From an uncultured virus (IMG/VR IMGVR_UViG_3300033142_001620) (taxonomy: Duplodnaviria > Heunggongvirae > Uroviricota > Caudoviricetes), in IMG/VR virus record IMGVR_UViG_3300033142_001620: 64,000 nt of DNA. One strand, 5' to 3'. Below are positions 8,687 through 16,772 of the stretch, piece by piece (positions within the stretch are counted from its first letter, which is position 1; every line of letters begins with the position of its first letter). The notes under the pieces were generated by a model, which was given only the letters and a program-made list of their open reading frames with translations, did not search any database and was not told where the DNA came from. Position numbers and translations under genes: made by a program.

Positions 8687-9132
8687 TGCATAGCTGCTGC
8701 TACTGCAAAACTTGGAAAGAAACCGGTTCCAAGTTTAGAAAAAAAGAATTTAGAGGAAAGAAAACAATCTATTCCCGATTCTGTAAAATAGTAATGCGTG
8801 ATGTGCAGGGAATCACAGACCCTTGTGAACACTTCCGACCAGCCCAATGGTTTTGGTGTGATACAGATCAATGTTGGATGCATGTGCTTGCCTGTTTAAA
8901 TCGGGACTATGACTGCTATCAAAAAGAAGATGTACTGGATGCAGTTCGTGGCTTTGACTTAACAAAGGAATTTAACATGAAGCCAAGACTTGTGATAAAA
9001 CAACCAGAACCACCAGAACAGCCAAAACTAAAGCTGCGGGAGAAAAAAGAAAAAATCATTCTGATTCCAAAGAAGCCAAAACTTGTGCTGAAGAGGAAAA
9101 CAAACTTGGTACTTCTCAGGAGAAAAAAGTGA
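8686..9132 (+). CDS. Cys-rich hypothetical protein with basic KLVLK-repeat tail
   Basis: AAGGAGGT SD; CCYCKTW..C..C; TAATG coupling. Confidence 0.7.
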   Translation: MHSCCYCKTWKETGSKFRKKEFRGKKTIYSRFCKIVMRDVQGITDPCEHFRPAQWFWCDTDQCWMHVLACLNRDYDCYQKEDVLDAVRGFDLTKEFNMKPRLVIKQPEPPEQPKLKLREKKEKIILIPKKPKLVLKRKTNLVLLRRKK

Positions 9133-10502
9133 GAATACATATCACCGTACTGGATGCGATAGAGTGCAAAATAGCTAAAGAACAAGCAAAACATCTCATC
9201 CCATGCCTAAGTTATAAATCTACATTTTGGAGAAAAGGACAATTTAAAAAAATCAATCAGGCTTACAGGAAACAAGTCTTTTCCTTTAAGAACAAAGAGG
9301 ATTGGTTTTTCTATACTGGACATCTTGATAGAGTTCTTAACTTCTGTAATAATAAGGGATGGGAGACAAAACTGAAAATTCACGACTCATTTAATGTTCC
9401 TTGGGTTGAGCCCAATATCCCCGGATTCACTCTAAGAGAAGACCAGAAAAGAGCAGTAAAAATAGCACTTGCTGCCCAAAGAGGAGTTATAAAAGAACCA
9501 ACTGGAACAGGAAAAACAATCTTGCAAATGGGCATTATGTCTGCATTTAAAAAAGGAAACATTCTTTTGCTTGCCCACACTACTACCATAGTCAATCAAA
9601 CAGCAAGGAAAATACGGAAACTTGGCTGGAACTGTACTCAAATTGGTGGAGGTGTGGAATATATTGGAGCGATGGCAGGAGTAATAACAATTGCCACCAT
9701 CCAATCCTTCGCAAAGATACCAAAGGACGACTACTGTGAGTATTTTGATATTGTTATAGTAGATGAGGCACACAGAGTATCATCATTCGATGGTCAATAT
9801 GCTAATGTTCTCGGCAACATACTCGCTCCCGTCCGTCTTGGATTCACAGCTACACTTCCCACAACAACGAAAGCTAAATTAGCTTTGGAAGGATTCTTGG
9901 GAAAACTATTATCAGAACAAACCATAAACGAAGCAACTGAAAAGGAAATAATTTCTGTGCCAAAAATCAAGTTAATTAAAAGTGCATACAGACAAAAAGT
10001 AAGGAACAAGTCAAAGTATGTTGATGTTTACCAAGCAGGAATCGTAAGCAATCTATCCCGAAACAAGCAGATAGTTGAAGTAGTCAAAGCTCACAAAGAA
10101 AAAGGAGAGACCACATTAATCTTTGTGAATAAAATCAAACATGGAGATAACCTTAAAGAACTATTCTTAAAGGACAATATAAGAGTTCCTTTTGTCAAAG
10201 GAGATATGCCAAACGACAAGAGAGAAATCATTAAGACTTCCCTTAAACGCAAGAAAAGAAAGATTGTTATAGCTACAATAGCTTGGCAGCAAGGAGTTGA
10301 TATCCCATCACTTGACGTTGTGTTTAATGCAGGGGGTGGAAAAGATGAACTCGGAGTACTTCAATTGATAGGAAGGGGATTAAGACGAACAGATGATAAA
10401 GAATCAGTTATAATTTATGACTTCTTTGACCCTTCTCATCATTACTTAATCTCACATTTTGGGGAACGTGTATCTTTATACATGAAACATAATTGGCTAT
10501 AA
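9129..10502 (+). CDS. SF2 DEAH helicase (UvsW-like)
   Basis: PTGTGKT Walker A, DEAH, TAT motif III, QGVDIP, QLIGRGLR motif VI. Confidence 0.93.
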   Translation: MRIHITVLDAIECKIAKEQAKHLIPCLSYKSTFWRKGQFKKINQAYRKQVFSFKNKEDWFFYTGHLDRVLNFCNNKGWETKLKIHDSFNVPWVEPNIPGFTLREDQKRAVKIALAAQRGVIKEPTGTGKTILQMGIMSAFKKGNILLLAHTTTIVNQTARKIRKLGWNCTQIGGGVEYIGAMAGVITIATIQSFAKIPKDDYCEYFDIVIVDEAHRVSSFDGQYANVLGNILAPVRLGFTATLPTTTKAKLALEGFLGKLLSEQTINEATEKEIISVPKIKLIKSAYRQKVRNKSKYVDVYQAGIVSNLSRNKQIVEVVKAHKEKGETTLIFVNKIKHGDNLKELFLKDNIRVPFVKGDMPNDKREIIKTSLKRKKRKIVIATIAWQQGVDIPSLDVVFNAGGGKDELGVLQLIGRGLRRTDDKESVIIYDFFDPSHHYLISHFGERVSLYMKHNWL

Positions 10503-10508
10503 AAGGAG

Positions 10509-10868
10509 GTGAATGACATGATGAAAAGACTATTTGATTTTTTATTAATGGTACTTGTCTTAACTATTTTGCATTTCACATATAGTTGTGCCGCTGTTAA
10601 TGCAGACAGACAAAGACACACACAGGAAGGGGAAGCTCTCAACACTTTAGCAGAGAAATACATGGTTGAGTACAGGAAAGCTGATTTTAATACCCAAGTA
10701 CAATGGAAATACAGAATTGACCCACAACTCAAAAAAGCAAAGTGGGCGTTGTTCTCTTGGGACGTTGCAATCGCTGTTAAAGAACTCGATATAGCAAAAG
10801 AAAAGGAACGATCTTTCTTAATTGCCAAAGACAGAGCTATGTTTTCTTTAAAGGAGGTGATTAAATGA
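10509..10868 (+). CDS. Putative membrane or lipoprotein
   Basis: SD; N-terminal hydrophobic helix ending YSC. Confidence 0.6.
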   Translation: MNDMMKRLFDFLLMVLVLTILHFTYSCAAVNADRQRHTQEGEALNTLAEKYMVEYRKADFNTQVQWKYRIDPQLKKAKWALFSWDVAIAVKELDIAKEKERSFLIAKDRAMFSLKEVIK

Positions 10869-10947
10869 ATCCAAGTACAAAAATAACTTGGTTCTGTATA
10901 GGGCTGGCAATCATAAGTCTTATTGCTTATTTGGTTGAAATGTTAGC

Positions 10948-11229
10948 ATGAATATACTCAACAAAATAATACACAAAAACAGGAACAAGGGCTTCTGTGG
11001 GGTGCAGGCATTCATCGACTGTCCTAATTGTGATGGTGGATTAATACATCACTACTGGTCACACTTCGCAGGAGTCGAATGGGCAGAATGTACAACGGAC
11101 GGCTGCTTCCGTTATGAAAAAAATATACTGAAGCCAAAGCTTGTGCTAAAGAAAAAGACAAAACTTGTCTTGAAGAAAAAGCCAAAACTTGTACTCAAGA
11201 AGAAACCAAATCAACGAACTTTGTTCTAA
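10948..11229 (+). CDS. Zn-ribbon protein with (KLVLKKK)x3 tail and C-terminal QxxLF
   Basis: CPNC..CTTDGC; 21-nt tandem repeat x3. Confidence 0.7.
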   Translation: MNILNKIIHKNRNKGFCGVQAFIDCPNCDGGLIHHYWSHFAGVEWAECTTDGCFRYEKNILKPKLVLKKKTKLVLKKKPKLVLKKKPNQRTLF

Positions 11230-11238
11230 GGAGGCAAA

Positions 11239-11430
11239 ATGCATAAAATAGAAACGATAGCAAAAGAATATCTCCACTTAAAAAAAACACAAAGTGGCAT
11301 TGCCGAAAGTCTGAGAGAAAAAAGAATTGAACTATCAACGGAATGTAGAAAAATAGTTGCATCGGGAAACTTTCTATTGCCAACTACCTTACTTGCAAAA
11401 ATAACACTGGCAGAAATCAATGGCAAATGA
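11239..11430 (+). CDS. Hypothetical protein
   Basis: AAGGAGG SD. Confidence 0.6.
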   Translation: MHKIETIAKEYLHLKKTQSGIAESLREKRIELSTECRKIVASGNFLLPTTLLAKITLAEINGK

Positions 11431-12373
11431 TAAGCTCGTAAAGGAAATAGTTAATCGCCTTGAGCACTTTGACATAGAAAAATATCTGGACTCAAGGAAC
11501 ATCGAATATTGGACAGAGGGCAAGAACATCAAACAGGGCTGGATTGGTATTCAATGTCTTTGGTGCGAAGACAAATCAAACCATCTTGGAATCAATCTTG
11601 ACAGCAAAAGTATAAATTGTTGGATATGTCCTACCAAGGGAACTGTCATTAAAATAATAATGAAAGTTGAAAGGTGTTCTCTCAAAAGCGTTTTAAGCAT
11701 AGTAAATGAATTTAGCAATATCCGACACTACATTGACAAGGAAAGCAGCAAGGATGAGCAAATGCCGCAGCGTGAAACGACTGTCACGCTTCCTTTGATG
11801 TCCAAAAAAGAGCTATTTCCTTTACACAGAAAATATTTGGAGAATAGAAGACTTGACCCGGAGTTTATATTCAAGAAGTATAATTTATCCTGCACCGGTC
11901 CCATAGGAAAATATAGACACCGCTTAGTTATTCCTTTCCACTACAAAAAAAGGCTGGTAACTTTTTCTTCAAGAGATGTTACTGGAAGAGCAAAGATTGC
12001 ATATGTTCACCAGCCGGAAAAGAAAAGCGTTCTGTCCACAAAAGAAACCATTTACAATGTAGATAACTGCAAAGAATCAATTCTCGTAGTTGAGGGAGCT
12101 ACAGACACATGGGCAATTGGTGACAACTGTGGCGCCACTATGGGGATAAAATGGACTGCAATTCAATTATCCATTTTATCCCAATTTAAAAGAGTATTTA
12201 TCCTGTATGATGCTGAAGAGGAGGCACAACAGAGTGCGGAGCGATTGTGTTATGATTTATCTTCAGAGGTAGATCATGTAGAACAATTGCAATTAGACGA
12301 AGGAGACCCCGGCTCAATGAGCAGGGAAGATGTTAAACATTTACGGAGAGAGATATTTGGTAAAATCTATTAA
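11420..12373 (+). CDS. DNA primase (Zn finger + TOPRIM)
   Basis: CLWC..H..CWIC zinc finger; RLVIPF; VVEGATD; LYDAEE; GDPG. Confidence 0.9.
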   Translation: MANDKLVKEIVNRLEHFDIEKYLDSRNIEYWTEGKNIKQGWIGIQCLWCEDKSNHLGINLDSKSINCWICPTKGTVIKIIMKVERCSLKSVLSIVNEFSNIRHYIDKESSKDEQMPQRETTVTLPLMSKKELFPLHRKYLENRRLDPEFIFKKYNLSCTGPIGKYRHRLVIPFHYKKRLVTFSSRDVTGRAKIAYVHQPEKKSVLSTKETIYNVDNCKESILVVEGATDTWAIGDNCGATMGIKWTAIQLSILSQFKRVFILYDAEEEAQQSAERLCYDLSSEVDHVEQLQLDEGDPGSMSREDVKHLRREIFGKIY

Positions 12374-12377
12374 ATCT

Positions 12378-12447
12378 TGCAAGACACGTCAAGACCTACC
12401 TCGACAAGACAGAGCATGATGCGATAGAACAAAACGAGACGAGACTA
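12378..12447 (+). repeat. 5-nt periodic GAY-NN tract A (14 units), candidate guide RNA
   Basis: tgcaa gacac gtcaa gacct acctc gacaa gacag agcat gatgc gatag aacaa aacga gacga gacta. Confidence 0.8.
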
Positions 12448-12480
12448 ACCAACACAATCTAACAAAGGAGATTAGAAATT

Positions 12481-13038
12481 ATGAAAACAGCTACCACAAA
12501 TTTAAAAAGCAGTTCATCTTACAGTCAATCAAAGTATTATGACACACCAAAAGAAGAAAAAGAATCGAACGCTGATTATGAAAAAAGGACATGGAGGGAC
12601 AGACTCCATACAACAAAAGATAACAACGTGTTTATCCCCCCAATGGCATTCAAAAATTGCATTGCTGAAGCCGCAAAGTATCTCGCAATAAAAATTCCTG
12701 GTAAGGGAAAGCAGAACTATACAAAGCATTTTGAAGCAGGAATACTTGTAACTGAACCACTTATTCTTCCAGACAAAAAAGACAAAGTTGAAGGGGAATG
12801 GTTCTTTGTACCATCAGATGGAAGGCGTGGTGGAAACACAAGAGTTCACAAATGCTTTCCAGTTATCCACAAATGGGAGGGGAAAGTAGATTTCATCATT
12901 TTTGATGATACAGTTACTAAAGAAATATTTGAGTATGTGCTGGAAGAAGCTGGCAAGTTTATTGGTTTAGGAAGATTTCGTCCAAGAAACAATGGCTTTT
13001 ACGGAAGATTTTCTGTTGAAAATATAAAATGGTCTTAG
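12481..13038 (+). CDS. Stand-alone Cas7/RAMP-like protein (Vipr-like)
   Basis: AAGGAG SD; VFIPPMAFKNCIAEAA resembles the RAMP IP.S.hKG.hR helix; C-terminal Gly-rich loop AGKFIGLGRFRPRNNGFYGRF; flanked by periodic repeats. Confidence 0.75.
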   Translation: MKTATTNLKSSSSYSQSKYYDTPKEEKESNADYEKRTWRDRLHTTKDNNVFIPPMAFKNCIAEAAKYLAIKIPGKGKQNYTKHFEAGILVTEPLILPDKKDKVEGEWFFVPSDGRRGGNTRVHKCFPVIHKWEGKVDFIIFDDTVTKEIFEYVLEEAGKFIGLGRFRPRNNGFYGRFSVENIKWS

Positions 13039-13045
13039 CTTAAAA

Positions 13046-13289
13046 AACGAGGTAGGATTTAACTAGACGCAGCACGTCCCGATGGGACCCGACAGGACAC
13101 GACTTGATTTGACTCGACCTGACCTGACAAGGAAACAACCAATTTACGAGACTTGGCAAGACGAGATTAGACGTGACAAGACAAAACCTGACTATACAAG
13201 ACAAGGTTTTTAAACAGTTTGCCCGACATGACCTGACCAGATGAGACTACACTCGACAGGATGGGACTGGACTATACAAGACAAGATAA
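13046..13289 (+). repeat. 5-nt periodic GAY-NN tracts B (13046-13130, 17 units), C (13145-13204, 12 units) and D (13220-13284, 13 units); candidate guide-RNA array
   Basis: e.g. gatgg gaccc gacag gacac gactt gattt gactc gacct gacct gacaa gg; each tract ends GACAAG; short AT-rich linkers between tracts. Confidence 0.9.
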
Positions 13290-13311
13290 TTCAACTAAAA
13301 GGAGAAGAAAA

Positions 13312-13800
13312 ATGTCAAATTTTATTTTATCAATTGAAACAAAACAATTACTTGAAAGACTAATGAAAGTAAAAGTTGGGGAACTTATTTCCTATCAAGA
13401 AATGACAGATATTGTTGGCAGAGATATAAGAAAAGATGGTAGTGGTATTATGTACTCTGCAAGAAGAAAAGCTCTGAATGATTGCCAGATTGTTTTTATA
13501 ACAATAACAAATGAAGGAATAAAAAGAGCTTCGGATGAAGAAATTGCTAACAGTGGTGCTTCCGTCATACATAAAATCAGGAAAGCTTCTAAGAAAGGAA
13601 AAAAAGTGCTTCATGCTGTCAATGATTTTGGTGCTCTTACAAATAATAGCAAAATAAGGCACAATGCCTCTGCTTCTTTCTTAGGAGCAATTGATTTGAT
13701 GACTCGACCAAAAAAGATAGTTGCTTTAGAAGAAAAAGTAAAAGAAGAATCTGAATGTATTAACGTCACAAAAACTCTGGAATTATTCAAGGCAAATTAA
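13312..13800 (+). CDS. Accessory protein of the RAMP/periodic-repeat locus (possible N-terminal wHTH-like domain)
   Basis: True start MSNFIL after AAGGAG SD (the track start 13261 lies inside repeat D); VGELISYQEMTDIVGRDIR; sits between tracts D and E. Confidence 0.75.
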   Translation: MSNFILSIETKQLLERLMKVKVGELISYQEMTDIVGRDIRKDGSGIMYSARRKALNDCQIVFITITNEGIKRASDEEIANSGASVIHKIRKASKKGKKVLHAVNDFGALTNNSKIRHNASASFLGAIDLMTRPKKIVALEEKVKEESECINVTKTLELFKAN

Positions 13801-13806
13801 ACAGTT

Positions 13807-13893
13807 TACAAGACAAAGCACGGCTTGGCACGACCAGACAAGACCGAGTCCGGCTTGGCTCGACCAGACAAGACGAGACTTAACGAGACAAGG
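13807..13893 (+). repeat. 5-nt periodic GRY-NN tract E (17 units), candidate guide RNA
   Basis: tacaa gacaa agcac ggctt ggcac gacca gacaa gaccg agtcc ggctt ggctc gacca gacaa gacga gactt aacga gacaa gg. Confidence 0.85.
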
Positions 13894-14044
13894 TAAAAAT
13901 TTTCCGCTTGACAAATCAAATGAAACAATATAAATACAAGATTTTTAAAAAAGGGCTTGACACATGAGGAGAGACATGTTAAACAGAAAACAAATAATCT
14001 TGACAGGTGGCAAAAATAATTCTCTCCATGCCTTCCTGCCTCCC

Positions 14045-14082
14045 AGAACCCCCAATGAGTTTGCCCGCTCGTTGGGGGTTCT
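14045..14082 (+). other. Strong GC-rich hairpin in a 5' leader
   Basis: agaacccccaatgag / ctcgttgggggttct inverted repeat, downstream of three CTTGACA boxes (~13907, 13956, 13999). Confidence 0.6.
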
Positions 14083-14102
14083 CTCGTTTAGGAGTATATA
14101 AA

Positions 14103-14261
14103 ATGAACTCAAAACAAATAGAAGCCTATAGCGTATTCATAAATCATGGAAAGAAAAAAAGAATTGCCGTTACTGATCTAATAGAAGTAATTGGCATGTC
14201 TATCTTTGTTGGTTGGTTACTCGGAATACTCACAGTAATAACACTGTTTGAGAAAGCATAA
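14103..14261 (+). CDS. Small membrane protein
   Basis: AGGAG SD; start MNSKQ; C-terminal TM helix. Confidence 0.6.
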   Translation: MNSKQIEAYSVFINHGKKKRIAVTDLIEVIGMSIFVGWLLGILTVITLFEKA

Positions 14262-14327
14262 GGAGGTGATTCTATGTTTGTGAGGCGTCAAAACGTCCGT
14301 TAAAATTAATATAGACCATATTGGGTT

Positions 14328-14367
14328 AACAGTATCTTGTCCTTTATTGGGCAGGATACTGTTTTTT
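14328..14367 (+). terminator. Rho-independent terminator
   Basis: aacagtatcttgtcc-tttatt-gggcaggatactgtt followed by a T run. Confidence 0.75.
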
Positions 14368-14460
14368 CAATTGGTTATACAATGTTGGTCTCATTTTTGA
14401 GACTGAAAATGGTCAAACCATAGAAATAACAACCAAAACAATCTATTTGGAGAGGTAGAA

Positions 14461-15090
14461 ATGAAGAAAAAATCTTGGAAAGACAAAACATATGATAAAA
14501 GTGTAAACAAAGGAAAGATATGGGTAGATCAAGCTGTTCCACTAATAGATAAGTTTTTAGGAATAAAATGCAGCCCATATGCTTCGTGGGCAAGTGTAAA
14601 AAAATATGGAACTTGCAGAGAAAGAATAGAAATAAAACTGGACAAACCATGTGATATTAGAGATGATGGGCGTGGGGTTATGTCTATTGAGGTGAAGAAA
14701 AGAACAAACCCAATGGAAGATGATGAAAAGAGTCTAAAATGGATTCCCGCAGGAATAACAAGAGTTAATAGAACAATTCTATATGCTCAAGGAAGACCCG
14801 CAGAGAAAGGAAGACCCGGAATACTTGCTATTTTTGAGAAAAAAATACTTTTGGAGTTATGGGAAGACTGTGTTTACAAAGAAATGCTTTTTCCCCATCC
14901 AAATGCAGGAGAAGGACTGCCCAGAATCAGAACATATCATATTCCATTACCAGATGTTCCAGAACTTGCCATATATTTTAAGAGATGGAGAAAAGAAAAA
15001 AAATCCAGAATTTTGACAAGAAAGAATGCCATACTTATTCCAAAGAAACAAAAACTAATCAGAAAAGAAACTCAGGGCTATATATTATAA
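14461..15090 (+). CDS. Hypothetical protein, possible PD-(D/E)xK nuclease fold
   Basis: PCDI..SIEVK motif; basic tail. Confidence 0.5.
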   Translation: MKKKSWKDKTYDKSVNKGKIWVDQAVPLIDKFLGIKCSPYASWASVKKYGTCRERIEIKLDKPCDIRDDGRGVMSIEVKKRTNPMEDDEKSLKWIPAGITRVNRTILYAQGRPAEKGRPGILAIFEKKILLELWEDCVYKEMLFPHPNAGEGLPRIRTYHIPLPDVPELAIYFKRWRKEKKSRILTRKNAILIPKKQKLIRKETQGYIL

Positions 15091-15091
15091 A

Positions 15092-16390
15092 ATGGTCGAC
15101 AACGAAACAATAATACTTCCTTTCGATATTTGGGATGCTCTCACATATATTGGACTGCCAAAAAGCGAAATGTCCTGCTTAATGCTCATCATAAAAAAGA
15201 CAGTTGGATGGGATAAAAAGCGGGATGAAATTGCCATTTCTCAGTTCATAAAAGCAACAAGACTTCCCAAATCCTCAATATTTAGGGCATTGAACTCACT
15301 CAAGAAAAAGAGGATTATTTTCAGTCTCAAAAATGAGACTCGAATCAATATAACTTATGGATTTAACAGCCGGATACAGGACTGGAAATCAGTCTCAAAA
15401 ATGAGACTCGACATCAAAAATGAGACTGACCATCAATCAACTAATGAAAATAACAAGAAAAACAAGATAAAGCTCGTTTTGAAGAAACCCCGGGATGGAG
15501 TCTCAAAAATGAGACTACACAGTAATACTAGTATAACATCCAGTAATAAAGATACTGGCGTATCTTTATTGAGTACTCCTATCGGAGCACAAAAGAGAAT
15601 GAGTGACTCACTCAGGAATAACAAAACTGATTTGATTCCAAAAAAGAAAAGTCTCACATTGACTAAAAAGAATAAACGAATATTTGATTATTACTACCAA
15701 GAATATTATAAGAAACAGCCATCATTGAATACTCAAGCTGCAAAGAAAGCCAAACATTGCTTAAACAAACTTGCAAGGGGAATTTTGTTTAACAGAGATA
15801 CTTCCCTAAAAAAATATCACAATAGAAAATTCTCAGAAAAGGAAATCAGATTTGCTATTGACAGACATATTACAAAAGCGGTAGATGATTCATATAAACC
15901 AGCAAACAAAGGATTCATGTTTGTTTATCTTGCCGATTTCTTCTATAATAAATTTTCAAGGATTAAAAGCTTATTCCTTGACTCACTCGAAAACGAACCA
16001 GTCCCAGTAGTTCCTGTTCTTGTTGATCGCAATCCCGAATTGTCCAAAGCTCTATTTGATGTATACAACGAAGAAGCTCGAAATGGTTTATCCATGACAC
16101 CATTTGACAAGCTGACACATAAAGATAAGAATTGTTTTACTGCCGGAGCATTCAAACTGAATAAGTTTCTCAAGATGAACGATAATAGGATTATCAAGCC
16201 AATGTTGAACACACACCAAAAGAAAGCAATGTTGTTATGGAAAACCATAATGATGTGTGCAAATAACGATTTAAAGAAAGTTCATGCATTCTGGTTTAAA
16301 GCTGATTTTGTATTCGAGAGATTGCCAAATTATATGACTGATAGAGGATTTTTGACATCGAACGCAAAGCGGAGTGCGTTTGTAGTGTGA
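15092..16390 (+). CDS. Replication initiator with lambda-O-like N-terminal domain
   Basis: LIIKKTVGWDKKRDEIAISQFIKATRL..IFRALNSL; contains internal iterons. Confidence 0.75.
   Translation: MVDNETIILPFDIWDALTYIGLPKSEMSCLMLIIKKTVGWDKKRDEIAISQFIKATRLPKSSIFRALNSLKKKRIIFSLKNETRINITYGFNSRIQDWKSVSKMRLDIKNETDHQSTNENNKKNKIKLVLKKPRDGVSKMRLHSNTSITSSNKDTGVSLLSTPIGAQKRMSDSLRNNKTDLIPKKKSLTLTKKNKRIFDYYYQEYYKKQPSLNTQAAKKAKHCLNKLARGILFNRDTSLKKYHNRKFSEKEIRFAIDRHITKAVDDSYKPANKGFMFVYLADFFYNKFSRIKSLFLDSLENEPVPVVPVLVDRNPELSKALFDVYNEEARNGLSMTPFDKLTHKDKNCFTAGAFKLNKFLKMNDNRIIKPMLNTHQKKAMLLWKTIMMCANNDLKKVHAFWFKADFVFERLPNYMTDRGFLTSNAKRSAFVV
15323..15516. repeat. Palindromic iterons AGTCTCAAAAATGAGACT (putative replication origin)
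   Basis: Copies at 15323, 15391 and 15499; partial copy at 15411; inverted copy at 14387. Confidence 0.8.
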
Positions 16391-16505
16391 ATTGCTGTGA
16401 AGAACAAAGCACAGTAGTCGGTTTTCGAGACTTCTTGATAAATATGTATCCGAATTAGGAAATATTAACTGCCATACAAAATTCAATCACTGAAGAGGAG
16501 GGAAA

Positions 16506-16772
16506 ATGCCAGCACACAGAAAAGAAATATTAATACACGAAGGCAATGATACATCAAGGTTTGTTTACTGTCCTGAATGTTCTTGTAGAATGAGAATATT
16601 TCTTGGTCCCAAAGCAAGAACATGGTTTAGATGTAAAGACCCAAAATGTGAGTTTGAATGTACTACGGAGTTTGCACTTGGATATTGGAAAGGGGTAAAA
16701 GACGAAAGAACAGCAATTGTAGTGAAAGGGTGGGACATAGATGCCAAGACTGATAAAAAGAAAAAAGACTGA
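16506..16772 (+). CDS. Zn-ribbon protein
   Basis: CPEC..CKDPKC; GAGGAGG SD. Confidence 0.7.
   Translation: MPAHRKEILIHEGNDTSRFVYCPECSCRMRIFLGPKARTWFRCKDPKCEFECTTEFALGYWKGVKDERTAIVVKGWDIDAKTDKKKKD

Noticed and set aside
13046..13289. Canonical CRISPR array or simple microsatellite
   Set aside because: There are no 25-45-nt identical repeats with unique spacers. Variation is concentrated in two of every five positions and the tracts have shared ends, unlike a decaying satellite.
13261..13311. ORF-track start for the 179-aa protein
   Set aside because: It lies inside periodic tract D; the SD AAGGAG supports ATG 13312.
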